Below, piece by piece: positions 19,027-31,627 of a stretch of 64,000 bases of DNA. Every line of letters starts with the position of its first letter. Position 1 is the first letter of the stretch. Source of the stretch: Desulfuromonadales bacterium (GTDB taxonomy: Bacteria; Desulfobacterota; Desulfuromonadia; Geobacterales; Pseudopelobacteraceae); contig JAENWA010000013.1 of assembly GCA_016650295.1 (NCBI GenBank), positions 48,457 through 112,456 of the forward strand, given 5' to 3'. The notes under the pieces are model-generated. The model worked only from the letters and a program-made list of their open reading frames with translations, was not told the DNA's origin and did no database searches. The position numbers and the translations under genes are program-made.

Positions 19027-20148
19027 ATGGAATTCATAATCGACAAGGAACTCTTTCTTAAATCATTACAGAAGATCCAGGGTATCGTGGAAAAAAGAAC
19101 TTCAATGCCGATCATGTCGAATGTGCTGATCGAAGCAACCGAATCTTCGCTTCACATCACGGCCACAGACCTTGAAGTAGGCATGAAGAGCATCTATCCG
19201 GCAGAGGTCATATCAACCGGCAGAATCACGGTTGGTGCAAAGAAGCTCTACGAAATCGTCAAGGAACTCCCCAACCAGAAAATAACATTTTCAACAAAAG
19301 ACAATGACTGGGTGGAAATCAAGTGCGGCAAGGTCCAATTCAATATTGTCGGACTTTCTCCGGAAGAATTTCCTTACTTTCCTGCGGTAAAGGAAGAGAG
19401 TTTATTTGAAATCGAAAGTTCGCTCCTGAAAGGGATGATTGAAAAGACCTTCTACGCCATCTGTAACGACGAAACAAAATACAATCTGAACGGTCTGTTT
19501 ACGAAGGTTGAAGTAGCGCCCAACGGAGATCAGTTACTCAAGATGGTTGCTACAGACGGGCATCGTCTCTCGATTTCCAACGGCGCGTTCAAGGGCACTG
19601 CCGGTCCTGAACTCCTGAAAGGCGTTATCCTTCCCAAAAAGGGTATCTTTGAGATGAAAAAGATTACCGAAGAAGAGGGCGGAAACCTGCTGTTCGGTTT
19701 TATGGATAACAGTGCCGTCATCAAACGTGGTGATTCCTACATGGTCATGAGGCTTGTAGATGGCGATTTTCCGGACTACAATCGCGTGATTCCGACCGCA
19801 AATGATCGGGTCATAACCGTTAACAAAGAGGATTTTACCCACTCGGTACGCAGGATGGCGATCCTTTCCAGCGAAAAATTCAAAGGGATCATGCTGGAAA
19901 TATCCGATTCAAGCATAAAAATTTCTTCCAGTAACCCTGAACTGGGTGACGCCCGGGAAGATATTGATGTCAGTTACGGTGGAGAACCTATTGCGGTCAG
20001 GTTCAATGCCCGTTATCTTCTGGATGTACTGGCTGTAGCCGAGACGGAAAATGTAGACATGAAATTCAGGGATGAACTCTCACCTTCGATTATTGTTCCA
20101 AGCCAGTCGGACAGCTTTCTGGCCGTGATCATGCCGATGAGGCTGTAA
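19027..20148 (+). CDS. dnaN: DNA polymerase III subunit beta (sliding clamp)
   Basis: 373 aa with full-length DnaN similarity (ending ...FLAVIMPMRL) and the canonical position after dnaA. Confidence 0.97.
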   Translation: MEFIIDKELFLKSLQKIQGIVEKRTSMPIMSNVLIEATESSLHITATDLEVGMKSIYPAEVISTGRITVGAKKLYEIVKELPNQKITFSTKDNDWVEIKCGKVQFNIVGLSPEEFPYFPAVKEESLFEIESSLLKGMIEKTFYAICNDETKYNLNGLFTKVEVAPNGDQLLKMVATDGHRLSISNGAFKGTAGPELLKGVILPKKGIFEMKKITEEEGGNLLFGFMDNSAVIKRGDSYMVMRLVDGDFPDYNRVIPTANDRVITVNKEDFTHSVRRMAILSSEKFKGIMLEISDSSIKISSSNPELGDAREDIDVSYGGEPIAVRFNARYLLDVLAVAETENVDMKFRDELSPSIIVPSQSDSFLAVIMPMRL

Positions 20149-20159
20149 ACAAGTTTCTG

Positions 20160-23673
<3,514 letters not shown>

Positions 23674-23770
23674 GGCATTGGCTGTTGTAGGTTCACGCAA
23701 TTAAAGGTTTTTTGTACCAATTAAACGTTTTTTCCTACATTGAAATTCAAATGTATAAATTAGTTAATTA

Positions 23771-23799
23771 ACGGCTCGTTCCCACGGGCCGTTTTTTTT
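23771..23799 (+). terminator. rho-independent terminator after gyrB
   Basis: A 7-bp stem (CGGCTCG/CGGGCCG) with loop TTCCCA is followed by an 8-T run. Confidence 0.75.
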
Positions 23800-24336
23800 A
23801 TTGTGGCATTAAAACTTTTTGGTTGATTGGTGAACAAGATGAAAAATAAGACAATGTTAAGCCGGCCAGGAAGGCGGCATTGGCGATGGTGAAGGAAGCG
23901 TTCCTGCGCTCAACCTCTTGGTACAGATTGAACTTTCTGTGCTCGCGGCGCAGCTGGTCCAGGCCGGCAATGTTGCCCATCAGGCTGCTCCAGGGGTGTC
24001 CAGACCGCCAGCTTGTCTTCACGCGCCAGCAGGGCATTTTTCCTCTCCTTGCCGGGGTTGAACAGGTCGGGACGGGAGCGGGCAAACTCCGCCACCTTGC
24101 GCAGGTTACCTCGCAGAATGGCAAAGGACTTGCTGTCAGCGGCAATGTGCGGGGTCGGGGGCACTGGGTGTGGAAAGGGCAATGATGGGAAAAGAAAGGA
24201 TGGCGAGGAGAATTACCGATACAAGTGCGTGCAATATGGGGCCCTCCGGTTTGGCTTATTCAGGGTGCGTCAGCTGTTTTGAAGCTGAGTACGGCGGGAG
24301 TACTGCCCGCCGCCTTCTCACCCGGGAGGCTGATTG

Positions 24337-24810
24337 TCAGCCGAGTTCCCTGGCAACGGCCATGATTGATTCAGAATCAGGCAGACCTGCCAGCTGCATC
24401 AGCATAAAATCCTTGACCAGGGCAAGAATCTGCTCGAAACGATCACTGCTGACAGAGAGGTTTTCCGACATGCTGCGGACAACGGCCTGCTCTTTCTCTG
24501 ACATGACACCGTCTGCAAATGCAACCATGATGCAGGTTGCGACGATCATCTCCCTCTGTTCAACATCAGGAAATAGTTCCGCGGACAGGGATACTCCGCC
24601 GATGTCATTGCTGATGGTTTCAAATCCGGGCCATTCTCCGCCATTGGAATTCCTGAAACCTTCATAGAACTGGCCGACCATGGCCACTTCCTCGGCGGTT
24701 CCTGCACTGTCGACATGTGCGATATGCAACATCGCCTTGGTCACGGAAATAACCTGATCTCGGGTAAATGGGGAATCTGTTTTAAGTGGAAACATGATCT
24801 GCTCCTTCAA
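24337..24810 (-). CDS. TerB-like (tellurite-resistance TerB / DjlA-N type) domain protein
   Basis: 157 aa with two repeats of the TerB-type pattern (IAHVDSAGTAEEVAMV and VAFADGVMSEKEQAVV). Its start overlaps the stop of the upstream AAA+ gene by 4 nt. Confidence 0.5.
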   Translation of the reverse strand: MKEQIMFPLKTDSPFTRDQVISVTKAMLHIAHVDSAGTAEEVAMVGQFYEGFRNSNGGEWPGFETISNDIGGVSLSAELFPDVEQREMIVATCIMVAFADGVMSEKEQAVVRSMSENLSVSSDRFEQILALVKDFMLMQLAGLPDSESIMAVARELG

Positions 24811-26636
24811 CGTTTGATATGCAGCCTCAACTCTGTCAGTTTTTCCTGTATCTGCTCCGGCGTCAGCGAGCGGAACCGTTGCGGAAGCAGCGAACGGCGG
24901 GATGTTTCAAACACCGCCAGCATCTCCATATAACGGAGCATGGCTACTTCGCGCGGCGGCAAAAAATCATCGATTGCCAGTACAAACAACTTCTCATCTA
25001 CCACGGACTTTTCCCGCTCGGCAAACTCAAGCGCCAGAAGCGTCAGAGCCTCAAGGTCCGCATTGGAGTACCCATCCAGCGGTGCGCAAATCTTCTCCAG
25101 TGCAGACATTTCGATAGCGCTGGTTACACCGTACCGTCCCAGTATTGCAGAGACAATGGCGGCACGCTCTGCTGCGGTCTCGGCATAGAAGAAAGGTATC
25201 TTTCGATCAAGACGTCCCGGCCGTTTAATATCGGTGTCGAGCTTGTCCGGGCGGTTGGTCATCAGGATAAACAGCACCTGTCCGCGGTTTTCCGGGTCGG
25301 ACATGAACTCCTTCAACCGGGCAATGACACGGGAGCTGGTGCCGCCGTCAGAATCTTCGCTCTGGTTGCCGAAACTCCGGTCCCCCTCATCGATCACCAG
25401 TGCTATCGGCCCCATCGCCTTGACCGTTGACAGGACCCGTTCAAGATTGGCCTCGGTGGAGCCGACCCACTTGGAGCGGAAGTTCTTGAGCGCAATACCG
25501 GACAGTCCGGCCTCTTTGAGAAAGGCCTTGATGACAAAGGTCTTGCCGGCACCCATGGCGCCAACCGCCAGAAGCCCCATCGGGGCCCTGCTGCGGTCGC
25601 CGCTTTTTATCATCCGGGCGATCTCCATCAGCTCTGTCTTGATATGCTCATTGCCCCCCACCGCATCCAGACCATGCCGGGGCTCGATGAATTCAATCAG
25701 ACCGGAACATTCCTTCTCGATCAGTTCACGCTTGCGCCGCCGCACGATCTCGATCATCTCTTCATAGGGATTTTCAGCTTCAGGCAGACTGCGGGCAGGG
25801 TCAATCAGCTGCCTGATTTCGTCCGGTGTCATCCCCGAGGTTATGGCTGCCAGCTTTGCCGCGCGCTCCGTTGCATTGGGGGTTCCCTTGAGCAGCTCGT
25901 CAATCAGGGTCGCCCGCTGTTGTTCGTCAAGCCCCTGCGGCGCGTCGCTGGCAACGATTGTTGCCAGTTGAACGATGCGCAGTCCGGCAGTCTGATCGGC
26001 AAGATGGCCTGCCTGGTCATCGGACATTCCCGGAGCGTAGTGATGAATCGCCAGATCCCGTGTTGCCCGGTCAGGCATCGGAATTTCTATGGCCGCCACC
26101 CGAGGGTTGGCAGGCAGTGCCGGATTGAGTTCGGCAAGGGATTCGGCGATCAGGATGATCAGATTGTCTTTTGCAGAGAGTTCCTCATCAAGAGACCACC
26201 TGTGCAGCGCAATAAAGGCGCTGCGTTCGTCAAGCGAGAGAAACTGCGGTTCCGCCGCAGGAAGCAGGGAGCCGGCGTAGGGAATGATCAGGGCATTTGA
26301 AGGGTATTCCCGCATCCGCCGTTCAAGCGATTCGAATATGCCGGCCAGCCCCTTCCCCTCAAGATGCCGGTATATCTCGTCCTTCTCCGCCGGGCTGCCG
26401 CCATGAAGAACCTTGAGACCACGGTACAGACACAGCTCGAAGATCCGCTGCTTCTTTTCCACAAGCAGAACATCCGCCAAAAACGAAACCAGCCCGTAGC
26501 TCTTGCCGGACAGGAGTGTCCGGTCAAAAACATTTCCGTACAGGATGAAGACGGAGGCCTCACCTGCCAGATATTTCTGGCGGACTGTTTCAGCCCAGCG
26601 GGGCAGCACCGGTTTATTGGTATTCTGAAATTCCAT
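24807..26636 (-). CDS. classic-clade AAA+ ATPase with a long N-terminal domain lacking a P-loop
   Basis: 609 aa. The C-terminal half has Walker A (GAMGAGKT), Walker B (ALVIDEGD) and a second region of homology (NRPDKLDTDIKRPGRLDRKIPF). I could not place the N-terminal ~330 aa in any family. Confidence 0.85.
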   Translation of the reverse strand: MEFQNTNKPVLPRWAETVRQKYLAGEASVFILYGNVFDRTLLSGKSYGLVSFLADVLLVEKKQRIFELCLYRGLKVLHGGSPAEKDEIYRHLEGKGLAGIFESLERRMREYPSNALIIPYAGSLLPAAEPQFLSLDERSAFIALHRWSLDEELSAKDNLIILIAESLAELNPALPANPRVAAIEIPMPDRATRDLAIHHYAPGMSDDQAGHLADQTAGLRIVQLATIVASDAPQGLDEQQRATLIDELLKGTPNATERAAKLAAITSGMTPDEIRQLIDPARSLPEAENPYEEMIEIVRRRKRELIEKECSGLIEFIEPRHGLDAVGGNEHIKTELMEIARMIKSGDRSRAPMGLLAVGAMGAGKTFVIKAFLKEAGLSGIALKNFRSKWVGSTEANLERVLSTVKAMGPIALVIDEGDRSFGNQSEDSDGGTSSRVIARLKEFMSDPENRGQVLFILMTNRPDKLDTDIKRPGRLDRKIPFFYAETAAERAAIVSAILGRYGVTSAIEMSALEKICAPLDGYSNADLEALTLLALEFAEREKSVVDEKLFVLAIDDFLPPREVAMLRYMEMLAVFETSRRSLLPQRFRSLTPEQIQEKLTELRLHIKR

Positions 26637-27349
26637 CAGATCGTTTTTGGCGTTGTGGCCGCGGCCTGTGCGACCCTGGCCCGCTTCATCTCTTCCAGTT
26701 CCTGTCGGGCGGTGATGGAACCGCTGCTCTGGCGCAACTTTGCCAGCTGCACATCCAGATCGGATTCCCTCAGCTCGCTTCCCATCTTGGCCTCGGCCAC
26801 GGTGTTCTTGATATGTTCACGGACGTTGTCAAGCGCCCGGACCTCGGCATCTACCGAAAGCCCATCCAGCTGGTTCTGGATCTTGAGCCGTGCCTGGGCG
26901 CTGAGCATCTGGGCGAGCATGCGGTCCTTTTCATCCTTGAGTTTCTGCACCTCGCTCTTGACCTGCAGCAGGGAGGATTTTGCCTCTTCGGCATCGGTCC
27001 TGGCCTGCTCCATATCCTGTTCAAGAACCTTGATGCTCGCATCCAGAGAATTCTTCTTCTGAATCAGGACGATTCCCAGTTCGTCCTGGCCGGTTGCCAG
27101 CGCCGCATTCAGATCGGCAGTAATGGCCTCAAGTTCTGTTTTTTCTCGTGTCAGTCGGGCATTGATGTCTTCACGCCGCCTCATAATAGCTGCAGTGGCG
27201 GACTTGAGCTTGCCGTACTTGTCGATCATGGAATCTATGGCGTTCTGATAGGCGATCTCCGGATGGTTCTTTTCTACATCGGAAATCCAGAGTGAGACAA
27301 AACCGGCCCAGAGATTTGCAAGTCGTGCTACCAAATTGATGTTGGCCAT
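26636..27349 (-). CDS. PspA/IM30/Vipp1-family (bacterial ESCRT-III-like) protein
   Basis: 237 aa and all-helical coiled coil with PspA-type blocks ([32 protein letters not shown]..., ...[19 protein letters not shown]...). Confidence 0.8.
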   Translation of the reverse strand: MANINLVARLANLWAGFVSLWISDVEKNHPEIAYQNAIDSMIDKYGKLKSATAAIMRRREDINARLTREKTELEAITADLNAALATGQDELGIVLIQKKNSLDASIKVLEQDMEQARTDAEEAKSSLLQVKSEVQKLKDEKDRMLAQMLSAQARLKIQNQLDGLSVDAEVRALDNVREHIKNTVAEAKMGSELRESDLDVQLAKLRQSSGSITARQELEEMKRARVAQAAATTPKTI

Positions 27350-27385
27350 TTCGGAATCTTCCTTTCGTAAGTAAAGCTGAGGTTT

Positions 27386-28273
27386 CTATGTAGTTTGCGG
27401 GTTTGGTCGGGCGGTCTGTGCCTTTGGCTGGTTAATGGCAGCGCTACGCTGCAGCGGCGAGACCATTCCGGGCAGGGCAGCTTCCAGCTCTCCCGAAAGT
27501 TCGGCCTCGATATCTTCCTGAAGTCTGAGCTTTTCTATCGAATCCTCAAGCCGCGAGCCAACATCCTCGGAGGCCGGAGTGGTCATGATGGTCTGGTAGA
27601 TCTCCTCCAACTGGTCCGGCATGGAGAGCATGGCCGCCTCAATGGCGGTTTTGCGGCTCATCATCCTGTTGTGCCGCTCAACCAGGGCAAAGTACTCCGC
27701 CTTTGCCTTCTGGAGCTGCCGTGCATCCACTCCCGGTCGTGCGGACTCAAGCTCCCGGTTGATCATCGCCACCCGCTGCTCGATCTCTTTCAGGTTGATG
27801 GATTCGGCCCGGTCCTCCATAACCAGCCGTGCAAGCCAGATGCACAGGTACTCGATCGTTGCATCGTCCAATCGTTCAATCTCGACTATCGGCAGGCTAG
27901 TCCGGGTTTCTGCGGCATGTCGGTAGAGTGACTCCACCCGTTCCGACATCCTGCGCCAGGTCCTGAGAGTCTGCTCAAATGCGGTCCTTTTCTTGTCCCG
28001 CGCCTGGATCTCGTCAAGAAGCCTGCTGCGTGCCGCCTCCCTGTTTTTTGCACGGAATCGTCTGTCAACGGCATCACGAAACGTGATGGAACCGGGAATA
28101 TACATCGCGGCAATGAACTCTCCCGCTGCGAAGGCTATCAGAGGGAGTGCGCCGAATCCGAAACCGAGCGGTATGGAGAGCAGTGCAGCGGCGGCCATGG
28201 AGCCGAGGCCGGCGTACAGGTTGCCCTGGCTGGTAAGCATCTCTTTTAGATAGGATGGTTGTCTCTCTGTCAC
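27386..28273 (-). CDS. membrane-anchored coiled-coil protein of unknown function (two N-terminal TM helices)
   Basis: 295 aa. The hydrophobic hairpin LGSMAAAALLSIPLGFGFGALPLIAFAAGEFIAAMYIPG is followed by a long helical, charged region. Topology is reminiscent of XpaC-type proteins, but I did not recognise a family. Confidence 0.6.
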   Translation of the reverse strand: MTERQPSYLKEMLTSQGNLYAGLGSMAAAALLSIPLGFGFGALPLIAFAAGEFIAAMYIPGSITFRDAVDRRFRAKNREAARSRLLDEIQARDKKRTAFEQTLRTWRRMSERVESLYRHAAETRTSLPIVEIERLDDATIEYLCIWLARLVMEDRAESINLKEIEQRVAMINRELESARPGVDARQLQKAKAEYFALVERHNRMMSRKTAIEAAMLSMPDQLEEIYQTIMTTPASEDVGSRLEDSIEKLRLQEDIEAELSGELEAALPGMVSPLQRSAAINQPKAQTARPNPQTT

Positions 28274-28283
28274 AGTGCGTCCT

Positions 28284-29144
28284 TCAGACTGTTACCCGGA
28301 CAGTGCCTTTGCCCGGGGCTTTGTGCAACTGTGCCAGAATCCGTTTTTCGTGCTGCAGCGCTTCTTCCGAACGCTGCCATGTGGTTGAGCGGGGGCGTGG
28401 TACGTCGATGGTGAAATCATCGGCGATCTTGGCGGGTTGCGGTGAAAGTACAATCACCCGGTCACCAAGCACCAGCGCCTCCGTGACATCGTGGGTGACA
28501 AAAACAACCAGACAGGGGCGCTCTTTGTACAGGTCAATGAGCAGCAGCTGCATCTCCTCCCTGGTTTGGGCATCCAGCGCTCCGAAGGGTTCATCCATGA
28601 GCAGGATGCGAGGTCTCAGAACCAGTGCCCTGGCGAGCGCGACCCGCTGGTTCTGGCCGCCTGAAAGCTGTGACGGGCGCAGATTCCTTTTGTCCGCCAA
28701 ACCAACCGACTCCAGCATATCGGATATGCGCTTTCTCCACTCCGCCTCCGGGACGCGCTTTTTCCAGAGGTTGAGGCGAAACGGAAAGGCAACGTTGTCA
28801 AACACGGAAAGGTCGGGGCGGTTCGAGTAGCGCTGAAACACCATGACCGAATCGTCATGGGCATCATGGCATTCGACGCCGTCAATAAGTATTTTTCCGG
28901 ATGTGGGGGTTTTGGCGTTCATCGGCCTGACACCACCCAACATGTGAAGGATCGTGCTCTTGCCGCAGCCGGAAGGGCCGAGCAGCATGTTTATTCCCGG
29001 ACGCTCAAAAACAAGATTTACCCCGTCAACAACGCGAGTAATCCCGCCGCCGGAAGCAGGATACTCTTGGACAATGTCCTTCAGTTCTATCGAAACTGCC
29101 GTCGCTGCTTCCGGCTGCGGTGACGAATCGCTCTGGGCACTCAT
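28284..29144 (-). CDS. ABC transporter ATP-binding protein (NitT/TauT nitrate/sulfonate/bicarbonate type)
   Basis: Walker A (GPSGCGKST), signature (LSGGQNQRVALARAL) and Walker B (LLMDEPFGALD) are present. The ATG at 29144 (MSAQSDS...) overlaps the permease stop as ATGA. The longer track ORF (to 29411) runs through the permease gene. Confidence 0.9.
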   Translation of the reverse strand: MSAQSDSSPQPEAATAVSIELKDIVQEYPASGGGITRVVDGVNLVFERPGINMLLGPSGCGKSTILHMLGGVRPMNAKTPTSGKILIDGVECHDAHDDSVMVFQRYSNRPDLSVFDNVAFPFRLNLWKKRVPEAEWRKRISDMLESVGLADKRNLRPSQLSGGQNQRVALARALVLRPRILLMDEPFGALDAQTREEMQLLLIDLYKERPCLVVFVTHDVTEALVLGDRVIVLSPQPAKIADDFTIDVPRPRSTTWQRSEEALQHEKRILAQLHKAPGKGTVRVTV

Positions 29145-29956
29145 AGCTGGGTCTCCCAGGGGTAGAGTCTGCGTTTGATGTAGATCATCAGCTGATAGGT
29201 GATCAGCGCCAGGGCCACAATGACGATGATACCGGCAAAGACCTGATCCCAGGCGCTGAAACGGCGGGCATTCTGTATGAGCTGGCCAAGCCCGACCTTG
29301 GCATTGACGTATTCTGCAACGGTTATGTAGGTCCACATGACAGAGAATGCCACGATGATGGCATCGGCAATGCGGGGCATCGCCATCGGGATGACCGCCT
29401 TGCGGATACACTCCCAGGGGGTTGCACCCAGGTCACGGGCACTGATCCAGTAGCTCTGGGGAACGGCCTGAATCGCGTCACGAACCATCGGTATCAGGTA
29501 GACCACGGCACCGGTAAACAGAAATCCGATCTTCATCGCTTCACCGATTCCGAGCCACATCACCAGTATGGGCAGTAGAGCAACTACCGGCGCCGAGCGG
29601 AAGGGATCCACCAGGGGCGAGATGGCCGCATTTATCCGCTGTGAAGCCCCCATCAGGATTCCAACCGGGATGCCGATGACGATCACCAGTATTCCAGCGA
29701 CCACCAGCCGGCCGACCGACCAGAGTGTCGCAATAAACAGCATGCTTTCACCATCGTTCCAGGCCAGGTATCCGAATGCCCTGACCACATCCCACGGTGC
29801 CGGAAGCCTGGCCGGACTGACGAGTCCGGTGACAGCCAGCAGGCTCCACAGAACAAGCACTGAAACGACCGAGCCGATTCCCAGGGCGCGGCTCTGCGAT
29901 GGCGGAGGAGACAGGTAAGGATTCCAGAAACCGTTCATACCGTTAGCGCCCGCCAT
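29141..29956 (-). CDS. ABC transporter permease (NitT/TauT family)
   Basis: 271 aa with about 6 TM helices and an EAA-like loop (ISARDLGATPWECIRKAVIPMAMPRI). Confidence 0.85.
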   Translation of the reverse strand: MAGANGMNGFWNPYLSPPPSQSRALGIGSVVSVLVLWSLLAVTGLVSPARLPAPWDVVRAFGYLAWNDGESMLFIATLWSVGRLVVAGILVIVIGIPVGILMGASQRINAAISPLVDPFRSAPVVALLPILVMWLGIGEAMKIGFLFTGAVVYLIPMVRDAIQAVPQSYWISARDLGATPWECIRKAVIPMAMPRIADAIIVAFSVMWTYITVAEYVNAKVGLGQLIQNARRFSAWDQVFAGIIVIVALALITYQLMIYIKRRLYPWETQL

Positions 29957-31607
29957 AGACGGCGATACGGGTGGTGCGGTTCATGGCGCGGCACTCCTCG
30001 AGCGACAGCCCGTCGGCCGCAGGATTGGCCTCGTTACACAACGGCAGGTCCGATCCGTTGCCCTTGATCTTGAAACGATCCTTCGAAAACTCCCACTGAC
30101 TGGCAAGATACTCCACAACCGCCCTGGCCCGTGCTCCGGAAAGCCGCATGTTGGTTGAACGGGCACCGGTAGAATCCGTATTTCCGCTCACTTCAAAGTA
30201 CGCCTTGCCATTGTTTTCAATGAACGGCACCATCTCTTCATCAATGGTCTTTTGCGCCCGTTTCGTCAACGTGGCGGTACCGGTGGAAAAACCGACCGTG
30301 ACCGGCTTGGTAACAATGGCTGACTTCTGTTGCGTCGCCTGGGTCAGCTCTGCCTGTGAGAAGGTTGTCTGCGGCTTGGCGGCTGCCTTGGAGGCCCCCT
30401 TGTCCTGCCCCAGCAGCGACTTTATGAAACGATAGTCAAAGCTGTCCTGGGGGGCGATCACCGGGGACTTGGGGTTTGCCAGGGCGCCGGCCTTGCGGTA
30501 GATCTCGTCAAAACGGCGATACACCCGCTCATAATGGTTTGTGCCGCCCGCCAGACCAAGTATGCGGGCGTTGTCTTCCAGACCTGTCCAGACCAGGTTG
30601 CCAAAGAGGCTCTTGACAAAGGGTTTCCCTTCCTTGTCGGCAAGAAGCTTGAAGAACTCTTCGGTCTGCACCAGGGCGTCAACCGCATTGTCCGGATTGG
30701 AGCGGGCACCCTTGACCCCATCCATCCAGCCATCCACAAACTTCTGCACCACCGCCTGGCCATCAGGTTTGGCAAGTACCCGCGAATCGCAAACCATAAC
30801 GTCAAAGATCAGGTTTGTGGCGGTCTTGGTCGAATAGACTACATGGGAACCCTTCACGTTGCGCTGGGCAAGGGCAAGATCCGGATCCCACAGCACCGCG
30901 GCATCCACATTGCCAGATTCATAGGCGGCACGCACGCCGGCGGTTCCTTCTTCGGCGTTGATGAAGACGGTCTTGATGCTTTCCTTCTTACGGGCGGTAA
31001 GGGAGGAGTTGTCGATGGCATCTATCAGCATGCCGTGGGACGGGGTAAACTGCAGCAGGGCCACTGTTTTGCCGGCAAGATCCTCTACGGAGCGGATCGC
31101 CGGGTCACGGGCAATAATCGCGTCGCCACCCTGCGTGTTGTCAACAATCATGACCGCCTTGCCATCCTTGCCGGCATTGCGGAGGTTCGGCTGTTCCTGA
31201 GCCCAGAAATCTGACGTGCGCCAAGCGCAATGGGCAGCACCCGATTCATAGATGGTTGACAGGGTCGGAATATCATCCTGAATCAGAAACTGGAGGTTCA
31301 ATCCCTTGCCGGCATAAATCGAGTCAGGCCGGGTAACAAGACTGTTGCCATTGGCAAGCAACGCAGGCGCATAGCCGTGAAAGCTTACCAGGCTCACCTT
31401 CAGAGGATTGTTCGCCGAACCTAATGGTGCATTCGGATCCGCAGGGGGCGCAACAGCTTTTGCACCTTTATCGGCCTTCTTCTCGGTGACAGCGCTCTTC
31501 GTCTTGGAAAAGCGTTCTTTCAGTCCCAGGTTCCAGGCAGCGGAGGCAGCAACTCCGATTACGATTACAGAAACCAGTCCTTTTGCCAAAGGGGTCAGCT
31601 GAGCCAT
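29943..31607 (-). CDS. ABC substrate-binding protein (NMT1/SsuA-like) fused to a C-terminal OmpA-type peptidoglycan-binding domain
   Basis: 554 aa with an N-terminal TM anchor and a periplasmic binding domain. The C-terminus has OmpA_C motifs (SGNTDSTGARSTNMRLSGARARAVVEYL...NRTTRIAV). Confidence 0.75.
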   Translation of the reverse strand: MAQLTPLAKGLVSVIVIGVAASAAWNLGLKERFSKTKSAVTEKKADKGAKAVAPPADPNAPLGSANNPLKVSLVSFHGYAPALLANGNSLVTRPDSIYAGKGLNLQFLIQDDIPTLSTIYESGAAHCAWRTSDFWAQEQPNLRNAGKDGKAVMIVDNTQGGDAIIARDPAIRSVEDLAGKTVALLQFTPSHGMLIDAIDNSSLTARKKESIKTVFINAEEGTAGVRAAYESGNVDAAVLWDPDLALAQRNVKGSHVVYSTKTATNLIFDVMVCDSRVLAKPDGQAVVQKFVDGWMDGVKGARSNPDNAVDALVQTEEFFKLLADKEGKPFVKSLFGNLVWTGLEDNARILGLAGGTNHYERVYRRFDEIYRKAGALANPKSPVIAPQDSFDYRFIKSLLGQDKGASKAAAKPQTTFSQAELTQATQQKSAIVTKPVTVGFSTGTATLTKRAQKTIDEEMVPFIENNGKAYFEVSGNTDSTGARSTNMRLSGARARAVVEYLASQWEFSKDRFKIKGNGSDLPLCNEANPAADGLSLEECRAMNRTTRIAVYGGR

Positions 31608-31627
31608 ATATTCTCTCCTGTTTTTTA

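Noticed and set aside
24289-24320. Terminator hairpin (GGCGGG-CAGTACT-CCCGCC on the minus strand) after the TerB-like gene.
   Set aside because: The stem is short and no T-run follows on the minus strand. It is too weak to annotate.
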